Shown one piece after another: positions 11,601 to 23,600 of a stretch of DNA of 64,000 nt (its first letter is position 1; each line of letters opens with the position of its first letter). A program made the position numbers and the translations under genes. The stretch covers positions 54,622,001 to 54,686,000 of the forward strand of contig OZ076420.1 of assembly GCA_964187785.1 (NCBI GenBank). Reading direction: 5' to 3'. The notes under the pieces were generated by a model, which had not been told where the DNA came from, ran no database searches, and saw only the letters and a program-made list of their open reading frames with translations. Source of the stretch: Amphiscolops sp. MND2022. Its lineage: Eukaryota.

Positions 11601-12933
11601 AAGCAAACTCGTAGCTAAAGAAAAATCGTAAAGCTAATACTATAACTAGTCAACTGCGGTTAATTCGAATCCGGGTAATTGGCATCACCGTTCAATTCGT
11701 ATGTATCTGAGACACCCATTTCGCGACAACCAAAGTAATATCATCCGGTTAATTCGTATTTCTCATTATTTGGACTATTTTATTCGGCCCTTTCCTTCCA
11801 TATTTGTCCCAACGTGAAAAATGGGTTTCAGTACGCACGGTCCTTTTTCACAGAAATTTTTGATCGGTCATAAGCGATACGAATTAGGCGGATTCAACTG
11901 TGTATGTTCTTATACAATTGCACATGAAAAACCGAAGAACGGTTCGATGATGACGTAATGAAACCTTGAATAAGAGTTGTACCTAGAATGGATTTCAAGT
12001 CTTCCACTCTGAGAGTGACTCTGCAAGTGGGACAGTAGGGCTTCTGGCTGGAAGACGAAGTGAGATCCAGAACACTTCCGTTGAGAGACGAACACGACTG
12101 GCTGACTCCGACCAGAGGCTGGATCCATCTCGACACACAGTCTCTGCAGAACAAGTGGCCGTTCGAGCACGTCACGGGGTCATTGACCTAAATGAAAACA
12201 AGACAACATGCGGTCATTGACCTAAATGAAAACAAGACAACATGGGGTCATTGACCTGAATACAAAACACGACGGGAACGGCTCAAGTCGGCGGCTGCTT
12301 AAGGCTCAAAAAGCAAATTCTTCCAAATATGATGAAGGACAATCATTGACAAAACTCTCACAGTACAAAAAATATAACCGGAGGCTCAAAGAATTCGTTT
12401 CTTCAACTGAAAAGACAAGGACCCAAATTTGCAAGAAAAAAATGAAAAAAGTCGCACAGTGCCGAAAAAAATTAATTTTTCGGAGTTTCTCACGGCTGAA
12501 ATACGTTGTAACCAAATTAGAAATTTTGATTTGAAAAGATGCAAAATAGGGCTTCCGTTAGTTTCGAACGCTCACTCTTTGCTTGGCAAGACGTGAAGGC
12601 TAAAAAGTCAGCAATGTCCGAACTAGAATCGAATTATATCACATTCTGACACATGAGAAAACATGTGAAATCTTTGAAAACATGTGAAATCTTTGAAAAC
12701 ATGTGAAACCTTTGAAAACATGTGAAACAACTAACTTGGAAACGGCAAATCCAGCAAATGAAGTCCGCGGCGCCGTTGTTCTCTCTACTGAAACTGTCTT
12801 CCAAAACTGTGGAATGAGTTGATTCCAGTGCAGCAGAACTCATTCGCACAACTGATGACTGGTCTTCACTTTGTGCTGCTGTTGTACTTCCGGGGTGTCC
12901 GCCGCCGCCGCCGCCTCCGTTCAGTAGATTCAT
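3749..12933 (-). CDS. OBI1: ORC ubiquitin ligase 1 / RNF219-like RING E3 ligase, six exons: 12933-12736, 12187-11983 (or 11965), 11457-11336, 10837-10646, 6549-6428, 5651-3749
   Basis: All GT-AG junctions join in phase. The spliced protein has RING CWIC|VNDPVTCSNGHLFCRDC...CPTCR, then IRLSRFDSLRHSYE|AEIEHL, then TPQK|YGKLVITTQQREIEDLKKERNQLKKAMDRQDGYIKELE. These match my recollection of RNF219 (CHIC..VRQPVICINNHVFC; LRKTRLELLHKEYE; SPQKFGR...ETNRLKKALERSDKYIEELE). A long Ser-rich tail follows. Confidence 0.85.
5731..6132. mobile_element. Small insertion with one hAT-like terminus, flanked by a 30-bp direct repeat
   Basis: AGCTACAATATTATTCACTAACAAAGATAT occurs at 5701-5730 and 6133-6162. The insert ends CCGGTGCACCTCTA (reverse complement TAGAGGTGCACCGG). 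Confidence 0.4.
6428..6549 (-). CDS. OBI1: OBI1-like exon 5 (VNEDLEMAKLNLSRELK...GGGGGGAGGGATGTPQ)
   Basis: ttttgcag acceptor and gtgaga donor; phases 0 and 2 fit the neighbouring exons. Confidence 0.8.
7030..7460 (-). repeat. Dispersed repeat family copy (intron of OBI1-like gene)
   Basis: Reverse-complement AAAGGGTCCCC and TTTTCGGCACTATGAGACT motifs shared with 431-900. Confidence 0.7.
8680..9420 (+). repeat. Dispersed repeat family copy with internal tandem duplication
   Basis: Two AGTC(G/T)CATAGTGCCGAAAA...AAAGGGACCCTTT...AAAATTGAAAGGAGGAC units (about 9050 and 9222), homologous to 431-900. Confidence 0.7.
9451..9523 (-). pseudogene. tRNA-derived relic or SINE head (Glu-like)
   Basis: Minus strand has A-box TGGTCTAGTGGTAAG and B-box-like GTGTTCGAACCC, but the anticodon and acceptor stems do not pair well. 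Confidence 0.5.
10646..10837 (-). CDS. OBI1: OBI1-like exon 4 (coiled coil)
   Basis: ttttcag acceptor and gttagt donor; reads AEIEHLLCQVDKLEEEL...SENEQLRK. Confidence 0.8.
11336..11457 (-). CDS. OBI1: OBI1-like exon 3
   Basis: tgtgacag acceptor and gtatca donor; reads QRNIRLSRFDSLRHSYE. Confidence 0.75.
11965..12187 (-). CDS. OBI1: OBI1-like exon 2 (RING finger core)
   Basis: Reads VNDPVTCSNGHLFCRDCVSRW...YCPTCRV; the donor is ambiguous (exon end 11983 or 11965). Confidence 0.85.
12655..12728. repeat. 19-bp minisatellite (AAAACATGTGAAATCTTTG), about 4 copies, next to the intron 1 donor
   Basis: Direct tandem copies are visible. Confidence 0.85.
12736..12933 (-). CDS. OBI1: OBI1-like exon 1 (poly-Gly N-terminus, first RING CxxC)
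   Basis: ATG at 12933; ends FICWICRFQ followed by gttagt donor. Confidence 0.8.
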
Positions 12934-13750
12934 GCTCTATCTCCCAGCACACAACATTTCATCTTCTAGAAAAATGCCACATTTCGCATGCACGTTTCTC
13001 ATCACAGTCTGAAAAGTATTGCAACCTTCCGGAGTAACAGCAGAGACGCCGATTTTAAATCTGTGGAATTGTTTGTTACTCGATCTACAACACTTTGCCT
13101 ATCGGCATGAGAATATTGCAGTACCACTGGCCCTTTGTTTGAAAGAATCATACGAAAACGTTTTCGAAACGGGCACTTAAAAGGAACAATCTAGCTCTCA
13201 AAACAAACGTTTTAAAGCTTCCAGAAACAATCTGTCTTAAAGAGTAAGATATAATCCAAAATAAATTCTGTATAAGCCTGCATTAACATGAGAAAAAGGT
13301 TCTAAGCCGCATTTCAAAATCTGCATTCAAATCGAAAAGTTTTACAATGAAATTTGCACGAAACGAAAAAACCACTAGTTGTACGCCAAGCACTAATACC
13401 ATTACGGGCATCAATGAAAATAGCTCTGAGAGTAGGAGCAACAACAAACCTCCAAAGTCATTCCAGGTTAAATCCTGATCTGAAACTAAGAATATGATGA
13501 TGCATGATAGGCTACTGTATTCTCACTACATATCTATCTCACTGCCTGCTTCGAGTGATTTCGCGAGTGGAGAAAAAATTAACGATCGTTCTACGTATTC
13601 GAGCCCAACGTCCCCCAAAAAAATCGAACTATTATTTTGAACGTGGTATGTATGACACCCCCTAAGATGTCCTCGTAAGTAGTTTGATATTATATACGAT
13701 GGCCTAATTTAGAGTGGGGGGGGGGGTTGGTTTAGTTCATAAAAATTTTT

Positions 13751-13821
13751 CCAAGTCCCGGATTCGAACCGGGGACCTCAGGGATGAAAATCAAAGAATC
13801 TAACCACTATGCCACGAGACC
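13751..13821 (-). pseudogene. tRNA-derived relic or SINE-like segment
   Basis: Minus strand GGTCTCGTGGCATAGTGGTTAG...GAGGTCCCCGGTTCGAATCCGGG has A and B boxes and a paired T-stem, but the acceptor and anticodon stems are unpaired. Confidence 0.55.
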
Positions 13822-13947
13822 TTCTCAACTGCTACAAACAGGTTCGTTATATAACGATCGTTCATTCATTTCACCAATACAGTTGTGCATGTACAATTGT
13901 TTTCTTCGCGTGACAAACGTCTGAAATGATTCTTTAGACCTATAGTA

Positions 13948-14173
13948 TGGTCCTGTATATTATAAGATAGATTGAATATCCGTCTAAGTTCATCGAATCT
14001 TAGCCACTTTAGACCTATATATTGGGTTCATGTTGTACTTATTTTCATATTGCTTTTGCACTTTTTTATCATGTCTGATGAACGTGTACTCAATGTTACC
14101 GAATTTCTAGCCTCTTGGAGAAATAAAGATATTCGGTCATACCTGGAAGAGCTGGGATGGCAACATGTGCCAG
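13948..14173 (+). pseudogene. Truncated 5' copy of the JmjC-like gene region found at 63766-64000 (opposite strand)
   Basis: High nucleotide similarity to the reverse complement of 63766-64000. Both encode MSDERVLNVTEFLASWRN.DIRSYL.ELGWQHVP, and similarity ends abruptly after GTGCCAG. Confidence 0.9.
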
Positions 14174-14669
14174 AAGGCTACGTGGAATCAGGTCTAATGA
14201 AATATATCTAAGAGAGGGGGCAAAACTGAGATCTAAATATATTGATCTGAATAATCAGGTCTGAAAATCCCTTCTAATTTGATCAAATTTGAGAAAAAAA
14301 GTAAGTCAATTAGGATCTAAAACTAAAAAGTGATATAAAATATAAAATGTGCCCCGGATATGTCCCCATTTCCTCTAGTGCCCCGCAGCCCCTTGGGGCC
14401 GCTTATATTCCCATCTTGTTAAGCGAGGTCGGACAGGAGCAAAGACCTAGCGGGAACGGAGATCGCGAAGATTTTGTTATCTGAGATTTCCTGCCTTTAA
14501 GATAATCCGTGAAGAAATACTCATTATTCACTCGAAAACTTATTTTACTTTTCTGATAAACATGTAAAAATATCGTCCAGCAATCATTTTCATTATTGAG
14601 CCAGTATTGGCCATTTCATTCCTCGCAATAGAGCCAATCAGAGTGAAGGAAGCCAAAAAGAAGTCTTCT

Positions 14670-17600
14670 CTCTCTCTCTCAAGGATAACTCGAAAACTAT
14701 TTCACCTTTTTTTATTGAACATGTATATCGTCCAGGTTGTATCATTTCTGTAATGCAGGGTATTCGAGCAACAAGTTTTTGTGGCCCAATTTCAGCAGCC
14801 AGTTTGAAATCTTTGTAAAAAACAGTTTTCTTCGGGTCCTAGCTTGGGGTTTGAAGGGCCGAATGCTCCGCGTGTGCTTGTCATTCTTTGGATTGGGACC
14901 TAGGATATTTAAATTACCATTGTGCCTGCGTTGTGTCGTTTATTTTTCATGTAAAACATTTATATTTATAAAAATTTGTACTTCATTACTACAATTGATT
15001 CCAAAAAGAGGAGACTTCTCTCTCTCTCAAAAACTCTAAAACTATTTAACCTTTTTTATTGAACAAATATATCGTCCACGTTGTATCATTTCTGTAATGC
15101 AGGGTATTCGAGCAACAAGTTTTTGTGGCCAAATTTCAGCAGCCAGTTTGAAATCTTTGTAAAAAACAGTTTTCTTCAGGTCCTAGCTTGGGGTTTGAAG
15201 GGCCGAATGCTGCGCGTGTGCTTGTCATTCTTTGGATTGGGACCTAGGATATTTAAATTAACATTGTGCCTGCGTTGTGTCGTTTATTTTTCATGTAAAA
15301 CATTTATATTTATAAAAATTTGTACTTCATTACTATAATTGATTCCAAAAAGAGGAGACTTCTCTCTCTCTCAAAAACTCTAAAACTATTTGACCTTTTT
15401 TATTGAACAAGTATATCGTCCCCGTTGTATCATTTCTGTAATGCAGGGTATTCGAGCAACAAGTTTTTGTGGCCAAATTTCAGCAGCCAGTTTGAAATCT
15501 TTGTAAAAAACAGTTTTCTTCAGGTCCTAGCTTGGGGTTTGAAGGGCCGAATGCTGCGCGTGTGCTTGTCATTCTTTGGATTGGGACCTAGGATATTTAA
15601 ATTAACATTGTGCCTGCGTTGTGTCGTTTATTTTTCATGTAAAACATTTATATTTATAAAAATTTGTACTTCATTACTATAATTGATTCCAAAAAGAGGA
15701 GACTTCTCTCTCTCTCTCTCGAAAACTCTAAAACTATTTAACCTTTTTTATTGAACAAGTATATCGTCCACGTTGTATCATTTCTGTAATGCAGGGTATT
15801 CGAGCAACAAGTTTTTGTGGCCAAATTTCAGCAGCCAGTTTGAAATCTTTGTAAAAAACAGTTTTCTTCAGGTCCTAGCTTGGGGTTTGAAGGGCCGAAT
15901 GCTGCGCGTGTGCTTGTCATTCTTTGGATTGGGACCTAGGATATTTAAATTAACATTGTGCCTGCGTTGTGTCGTTTATTTTTCATGTAAAACATATATA
16001 TTTATAAAAATTTGTACTTCATTACTATAATTGATTCCAAAAAGAGGAGACTTCTCTCTCTCTCAAAAACTCTAAAACTATTTGACCTTTTTTATTGAAC
16101 AAGTATATCGTCCCCGTTGTATCATTTCTGTAATGCAGGGTATTCGAGCAACAAGTTTTTGTGGCCAAATTTCAGCAGCCAGTTTGAAATCTTTGTAAAA
16201 AACAGTTTTCTTCAGGTCCTAGCTTGGGGTTTGAAGGGCCGAATGCTGCGCGTGTGCTTGTCATTCTTTGGATTGGGACCTAGGATATTTAAATTAACAT
16301 TGTGCCTGCGTTGTGTCGTTTATTTTTCATGTAAAACATTTATATTTATAAAAATTTGTACTTCATTACTATAATTGATTCCAAAAAGAGGAGACTTCTC
16401 TCCCTCAAAAACTCTAAAACTATTTGACCTTTTTTATTGAACAAGTATATCGTCCCCGTTGTATCATTTCTGTAATGCAGGGTATTCGAGCAACAAGTTT
16501 TTGTGGCCAAATTTCAGCAGCCAGTTTGAAATCTTTGTAAAAAACAGTTTTCTTCGGGTCCTAGCTTGGGGTTTGAAGAGCCGAATGCTGCGCGTGTGCT
16601 TGTCATTCTTTGGATTGGGACCTAGGATATTTAAATTAACATTGTGCCTGCGTTGTGTCGTTTATTTTTCATGTAAAACATTTATATTTATAAAAATTTG
16701 TACTTCATTACTATAATTGATTCCAAAAAGAGGAGACTTCTCTCTCTCTCTCAAAAACTCTAAAACTATTTAACCTTTTTTATTGAACAAGTATATCGTC
16801 CACGTTGTATCATTTCTGTAATGCAGGGTATTCGAGCAACAAGTTTTTGTGGCTAAATTTTAGCAGCCAGTTTGAAATCTTTGTAAAAAACAGTTTTCTT
16901 CGGGTCCTAGCTTGGGGTTTGAAGGGCCGAATGCTCCGCGTGTGCTTGTCATTCTTTAGATTGGGACCTAGGATCTTTAAATTAACATTGTGCCTGCGTT
17001 GTGTCGATTATTTTTCATGTAAAACATTTAGGTTTATAAAAAATTGTACTTCACTACTATAATTGATTCCAAAAAGATGAGACTTCTCTCTCTCTCTCAA
17101 AAACTCTAAAACTATTTAACCTTTTTTATTGAACAAGTATATCGTCCACGTTGTATCATTTCTGTAATGCAGGGTATTCGAGCAATAAGTTTTTGTGGCC
17201 AAATTTTAGCAGCCAGTTTGAAATCTTTGTAAAAGACAGTTTTCTGCGGGTCCTAGCTTGGGGTTTGAAGGGCCGAATGCTCCGCGTGTGCTTGTCATTC
17301 TTTGGATTGGGACCTGGGATATTTAAATTACCATAGTTCCTGCGTTGTGTCGTTTATTTTTCATGTAAAACATTTATATTTATAAAAATTTGTACTTCAT
17401 TACTATAATTGATTCCAAAAAGAGGAGACTTCTCTCTCTCTCAAAAACTCTAAAACTATTTAACCTTTTTTATTGAACAAGTATATCGTCCACGTTGTAT
17501 CATTTCTGTAATGCAGAGTATTCGAGCAACAAGTTTTTGTAGCTAAATTTTAGCAGCCAGTTTGAAATCTTTGTAAAAAACAGTTTTCTTCGGGTCCTAG

Positions 17601-20600
17601 CTTGGGGTTTGAAGGGCCGAATGCTCCGCGTGTGCTTGTCATTCTTTAGATTGGGACCTAGGATCTTTAAATTAACATTGTGCCTGCGTTGTGTCGTTTA
17701 TTTTTCATGTAAAACATTTATGTTTATAAAAAATTGTACTTCACTACTATAATTGATTCCAAAAAGATGAGACTTCTCTCTCTCTCTCTCAAAAACTCTA
17801 AAACTATTTAACCTTTTTTATTGAACAAGTATATCGTCCACGTTGTATCATTTCTGTAATGCAGGGTATTCGAGCAACAAGTTTTTGTGGCCAAATTTCA
17901 GCAGCCAGTTTGAAATCTTTGTAAAAAACAGTTTTCTTCGGGTCCTAGCTTGGGGTTTGAAGGGCCGAATGCTCCGCGTGTGCTTGTCATTCTTTAGATT
18001 GGGACCTAGGATCTTTAAATTAACATTGTGCCTGCGTTGTGTCGATTATTTTTCATGTAAAACATTTAGGTTTATAAAAAATTGTACTTCACTACTATAT
18101 TTGATTCCAAAAAGATGAGACTTCTCTCTCTCTCTCAAAAACTCTAAAACTATTTAACCTTTTTTATTGAACAAGTATATCGTCCACGTTGTATCATTTC
18201 TGTAATGCAGGGTATTCGAGCAATAAGTTTTTGTGGCCAAATTTTAGCAGCCAGTTTGAAATCTTTGTAAAAAACAGTTTTCTGCGGGTCCTAGCTTGGG
18301 GTTTGAAGGGCCGAATGCTCCGCGTGTGCTTGTCATTCTTTGGATTGGGACCTGGGATATTTAAATTACCATAGTTCCTGCGTTGTGTCGTTTATTTTTC
18401 ATGTAAAACATTTATATTTATAAAAATTTGTACTTCATTACTATAATTGATTCCAAAAAGAGGAGACTTCTCTCTCTCTCAAAAACTCTAAAACTATTTA
18501 ACCTTTTTTATTGAACAAGTATATCGTCCACGTTGTATCATTTCTGTAATGCAGAGTATTCGAGCAACAAGTTTTTGTAGCTAAATTTTAGCAGCCAGTT
18601 TGAAATCTTTGTAAAAAACAGTTTTCTTCGGGTCCTAGCTTGGGGTTTGAAGGGCCGAATGCTCCGCGTGTGCTTGTCATTCTTTAGATTGGGACCTAGG
18701 ATCTTTAAATTAACATTGTGCCTGCGTTGTGTCGTTTATTTTTCATGTAAAACATTTATGTTTATAAAAAATTGTACTTCACTACTATAATTGATTCCAA
18801 AAAGATGAGACTTCTCTCTCTCTCTCAAAAACTCTAAAACTATTTAACCTTTTTTATTGAACAAGTATATCGTCCACGTTGTATCATTTCTGTAATGCAG
18901 GGTATTCGAGCAACAAGTTTTTGTGGCCAAATTTCAGCAGCCAGTTTGAAATCTTTGTAAAAAACAGTTTTCTTCGGGTCCTAGCTTGGGGTTTGAAGGG
19001 CCGAATGCTCCGCGTGTGCTTGTCATTCTTTAGATTGGGACCTAGGATCTTTAAATTAACATTGTGCCTGCGTTGTGTCGTTTATTTTTCATGTAAAACA
19101 TTTATGTTTATAAAAAATTGTACTTCACTACTATAATTGATTCCAAAAAGATGAGACTTCTCTCTCTCTCTCAAAAACTCTAAAACTATTTAACCTTTTT
19201 TTATTGAACAAGTATATCGTCCACGTTGTATCATTTCTGTAATGCAGGGTATTCGAGCAACAAGTTTTTGTGGCCAAATTTCAGCAGCCAGTTTGAAATC
19301 TTTGTAAAAAACAGTTTTCTTCGGGTCCTAGCTTGGGGTTTGAAGAGCCGAATGCTGCGCGTGTGCTTGTCATTCTTTGGATTGGGACCTAGGATATTTA
19401 AATTAACATTGTGCCTGCGTTGTGTCGTTTATTTTTCATGTAAAACATTTATATTTATAAAAATTTGTACTTCATTACTATAATTGATTCCAAAAAGAGG
19501 AGACTTCTCTCTCTCTCAAAAACTCTAAAACTATTTGACCTTTTTTATTGAACAAGTATATCGTCCACGTTGTATCATTTCTGTAATGCAGGGTATTCGA
19601 GCAACAAGTTTTTGTGGCCAAATTTCAGCAGCCAGTTTGAAATCTTTGTAGAAAACAGTTTTCTTCGGGTCCTAGCTTGGGGTTTGAAGGGCCGAATGCT
19701 CCGCGTGTGCTTGTCATTCTTTGGATTGGGACCTAGGATATTTAAATTACCATAGTTCCTGCGTTGTGTCGTTTATTTTTCATGTAAAACATTTATATTT
19801 ATAAAAATTTGTACTTCATTACTATAATTGATTCCAAAAAGAGGAGACTTCTCTCTCTCTCTCTCTCGAAAACTCTAAAACTATTTAACCTTTTTTATTG
19901 AACAAGTATATCGTCCACGTTGTATCATTTCTGTAATGCAGGGTATTCGAGCAACAAGTTTTTGTGGCTAAATTTTAGCAGCCAGTTTGAAATCTTTGTA
20001 AAAAACAGTTTTCTTCGGGTCCTAGCTTGGGGTTTGAAGGGCCGAATGCTCCGCGTGTGCTTGTCATTCTTTAGATTGGGACCTAGGATCTTTAAATTAA
20101 CATTGTGCCTGCGTTGTGTCGATTATTTTTCATGTAAAACATTTAGGTTTATAAAAAATTGTACTTCACTACTATAATTGATTCCAAAAAGATGAGACTT
20201 CTCTCTCTCTCTCAAAAACTCTAAAACTATTTAACCTTTTTTATTGAACAAGTATATCGTCCACGTTGTATCATTTCTGTAATGCAGGGTATTCGAGCAA
20301 TAAGTTTTTGTGGCCAAATTTTAGCAGCCAGTTTGAAATCTTTGTAAAAAACAGTTTTCTGCGGGTCCTAGCTTGGGGTTTGAAGGGCCGAATGCTCCGC
20401 GTGTGCTTGTCATTCTTTGGATTGGGACCTGGGATATTTAAATTACCATAGTTCCTGCGTTGTGTCGTTTATTTTTCATGTAAAACATTTATATTCATAA
20501 AAATTTGTACTTCATTACTATAATTGATTCCAAAAAGAGGAGACTTCTCTCTCTCTCAAAAACTCTAAAACTATTTAACCTTTTTTATTGAACAAGTATA

Positions 20601-23600
20601 TCGTCCACGTTGTATCATTTCTGTAATGCAGAGTATTCGAGCAACAAGTTTTTGTAGCTAAATTTTAGCAGCCAGTTTGAAATCTTTGTAAAAAACAGTT
20701 TTCTTCGGGTCCTAGCTTGGGGTTTGAAGGGCCGAATGCTCCGCGTGTGCTTGTCATTCTTTAGATTGGGACCTAGGATCTCTAAATTAACATTGTGCCT
20801 GCGTTGTGTCGTTTATTTTTCATGTAAAACATTTATGTTTATAAAAAATTGTACTTCACTACTATAATTGATTCCAAAAAGATGAGACTTCTCTCTCTCT
20901 CTCAAAAACTCTAAAACTATTTAACCTTTTTTATTGAACAAGTATATCGTCCACGTTGTATCATTTCTGTAATGCAGGGTATTCGAGCAATAAGTTTTTG
21001 TGGCCAAATTTTAGCAGCCAGTTTGAAATCTTTGTAAAAAACAGTTTTCTGCGGGTCCTAGCTTGGGGTTTGAAGGGCCGAATGCTCCGCGTGTGCTTGT
21101 CATTCTTTGGATTGGGACCTGGGATATTTAAATTAACATTGTGCCTGCGTTGTGTCGTTTATTTTTCATGTAAAACATTTATATTTATATAAATTTGTAC
21201 TTCATTTCTATAATTGATTCCAAAAAAGGGGAGACTTCTCTCTCTCAAAAACTCAAACTATTTACCCTTTTTTATTGAACAAGTATATCGTCCACGTTGT
21301 ATCATTTCTGTAATGCAGGGTATTCGAGCAACAAGTTTTTGTGGCCCAATTTCAGCAGCCAGTTTGAAATCTTTGTAAAAAACAGTTTTCTTCGGGTCCT
21401 AGCTTGGGGTTTGAAGGGCCGAATGCTCCGCGTGTGCTTGTCATTCTTTGGATTGGGACCTAGGATATTTAAATTACCATTGTGCCTGCGTTGTGTCGTT
21501 TATTTTTCATGTAAAACATTTATATTTATAAAAATTTGTACTTCATTACTACAATTGATTCCAAAAAGAGGAGACTTCTCTCTCTCTCAAAAACTCTAAA
21601 ACTATTTAACCTTTTTTATTGAACAAATATATCGTCCACGTTGTATCATTTCTGTAATGCAGGGTATTCGAGCAACAAGTTTTTGTGGCCAAATTTCAGC
21701 AGCCAGTTTGAAATCTTTGTAAAAAACAGTTTTCTTCAGGTCCTAGCTTGGGGTTTGAAGGGCCGAATGCTGCGCGTGTGCTTGTCATTCTTTGGATTGG
21801 GACCTAGGATATTTAAATTAACATTGTGCCTGCGTTGTGTCGTTTATTTTTCATGTAAAACATTTATATTTATAAAAATTTGTACTTCATTACTATAATT
21901 GATTCCAAAAAGAGGAGACTTCTCTCTCTCTCAAAAACTCTAAAACTATTTGACCTTTTTTATTGAACAAGTATATCGTCCCCGTTGTATCATTTCTGTA
22001 ATGCAGGGTATTCGAGCAACAAGTTTTTGTGGCCAAATTTCAGCAGCCAGTTTGAAATCTTTGTAAAAAACAGTTTTCTTCAGGTCCTAGCTTGGGGTTT
22101 GAAGGGCCGAATGCTGCGCGTGTGCTTGTCATTCTTTGGATTGGGACCTAGGATATTTAAATTAACATTGTGCCTGCGTTGTGTCGTTTATTTTTCATGT
22201 AAAACATTTATATTTATAAAAATTTGTACTTCATTACTATAATTGATTCCAAAAAGAGGAGACTTCTCTCTCTCTCTCTCGAAAACTCTAAAACTATTTA
22301 ACCTTTTTTATTGAACAAGTATATCGTCCACGTTGTATCATTTCTGTAATGCAGGGTATTCGAGCAACAAGTTTTTGTGGCCAAATTTCAGCAGCCAGTT
22401 TGAAATCTTTGTAAAAAACAGTTTTCTTCAGGTCCTAGCTTGGGGTTTGAAGGGCCGAATGCTGCGCGTGTGCTTGTCATTCTTTGGATTGGGACCTAGG
22501 ATATTTAAATTAACATTGTGCCTGCGTTGTGTCGTTTATTTTTCATGTAAAACATATATATTTATAAAAATTTGTACTTCATTACTATAATTGATTCCAA
22601 AAAGAGGAGACTTCTCTCTCTCTCAAAAACTCTAAAACTATTTGACCTTTTTTATTGAACAAGTATATCGTCCCCGTTGTATCATTTCTGTAATGCAGGG
22701 TATTCGAGCAACAAGTTTTTGTGGCCAAATTTCAGCAGCCAGTTTGAAATCTTTGTAAAAAACAGTTTTCTTCAGGTCCTAGCTTGGGGTTTGAAGGGCC
22801 GAATGCTGCGCGTGTGCTTGTCATTCTTTGGATTGGGACCTAGGATATTTAAATTAACATTGTGCCTGCGTTGTGTCGTTTATTTTTCATGTAAAACATT
22901 TATATTTATAAAAATTTGTACTTCATTACTATAATTGATTCCAAAAAGAGGAGACTTCTCTCTCTCAAAAACTCTAAAACTATTTGACCTTTTTTATTGA
23001 ACAAGTATATCGTCCCCGTTGTATCATTTCTGTAATGCAGGGTATTCGAGCAACAAGTTTTTGTGGCCAAATTTCAGCAGCCAGTTTGAAATCTTTGTAA
23101 AAAACAGTTTTCTTCGGGTCCTAGCTTGGGGTTTGAAGAGCCGAATGCTGCGCGTGTGCTTGTCATTCTTTGGATTGGGACCTAGGATATTTAAATTAAC
23201 ATTGTGCCTGCGTTGTGTCGTTTATTTTTCATGTAAAACATTTATATTTATAAAAATTTGTACTTCATTACTATAATTGATTCCAAAAAGAGGAGACTTC
23301 TCTCTCTCTCAAAAACTCTAAAACTATTTAACCTTTTTTATTGAACAAGTATATCGTCCACGTTGTATCATTTCTGTAATGCAGGGTATTCGAGCAACAA
23401 GTTTTTGTGGCTAAATTTTAGCAGCCAGTTTGAAATCTTTGTAAAAAACAGTTTTCTTCGGGTCCTAGCTTGGGGTTTGAAGGGCCGAATGCTCCGCGTG
23501 TGCTTGTCATTCTTTAGATTGGGACCTAGGATCTTTAAATTAACATTGTGCCTGCGTTGTGTCGATTATTTTTCATGTAAAACATTTAGGTTTATAAAAA

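Noticed and set aside
11648-11903. Tigger/pogo-like MITE with degenerate terminal repeats
   Set aside because: The ends match only loosely (AGTCAACTGCGGTTAATTCG versus the reverse complement AGTTGAATCCGCCTAATTCG); not supportable without other copies.
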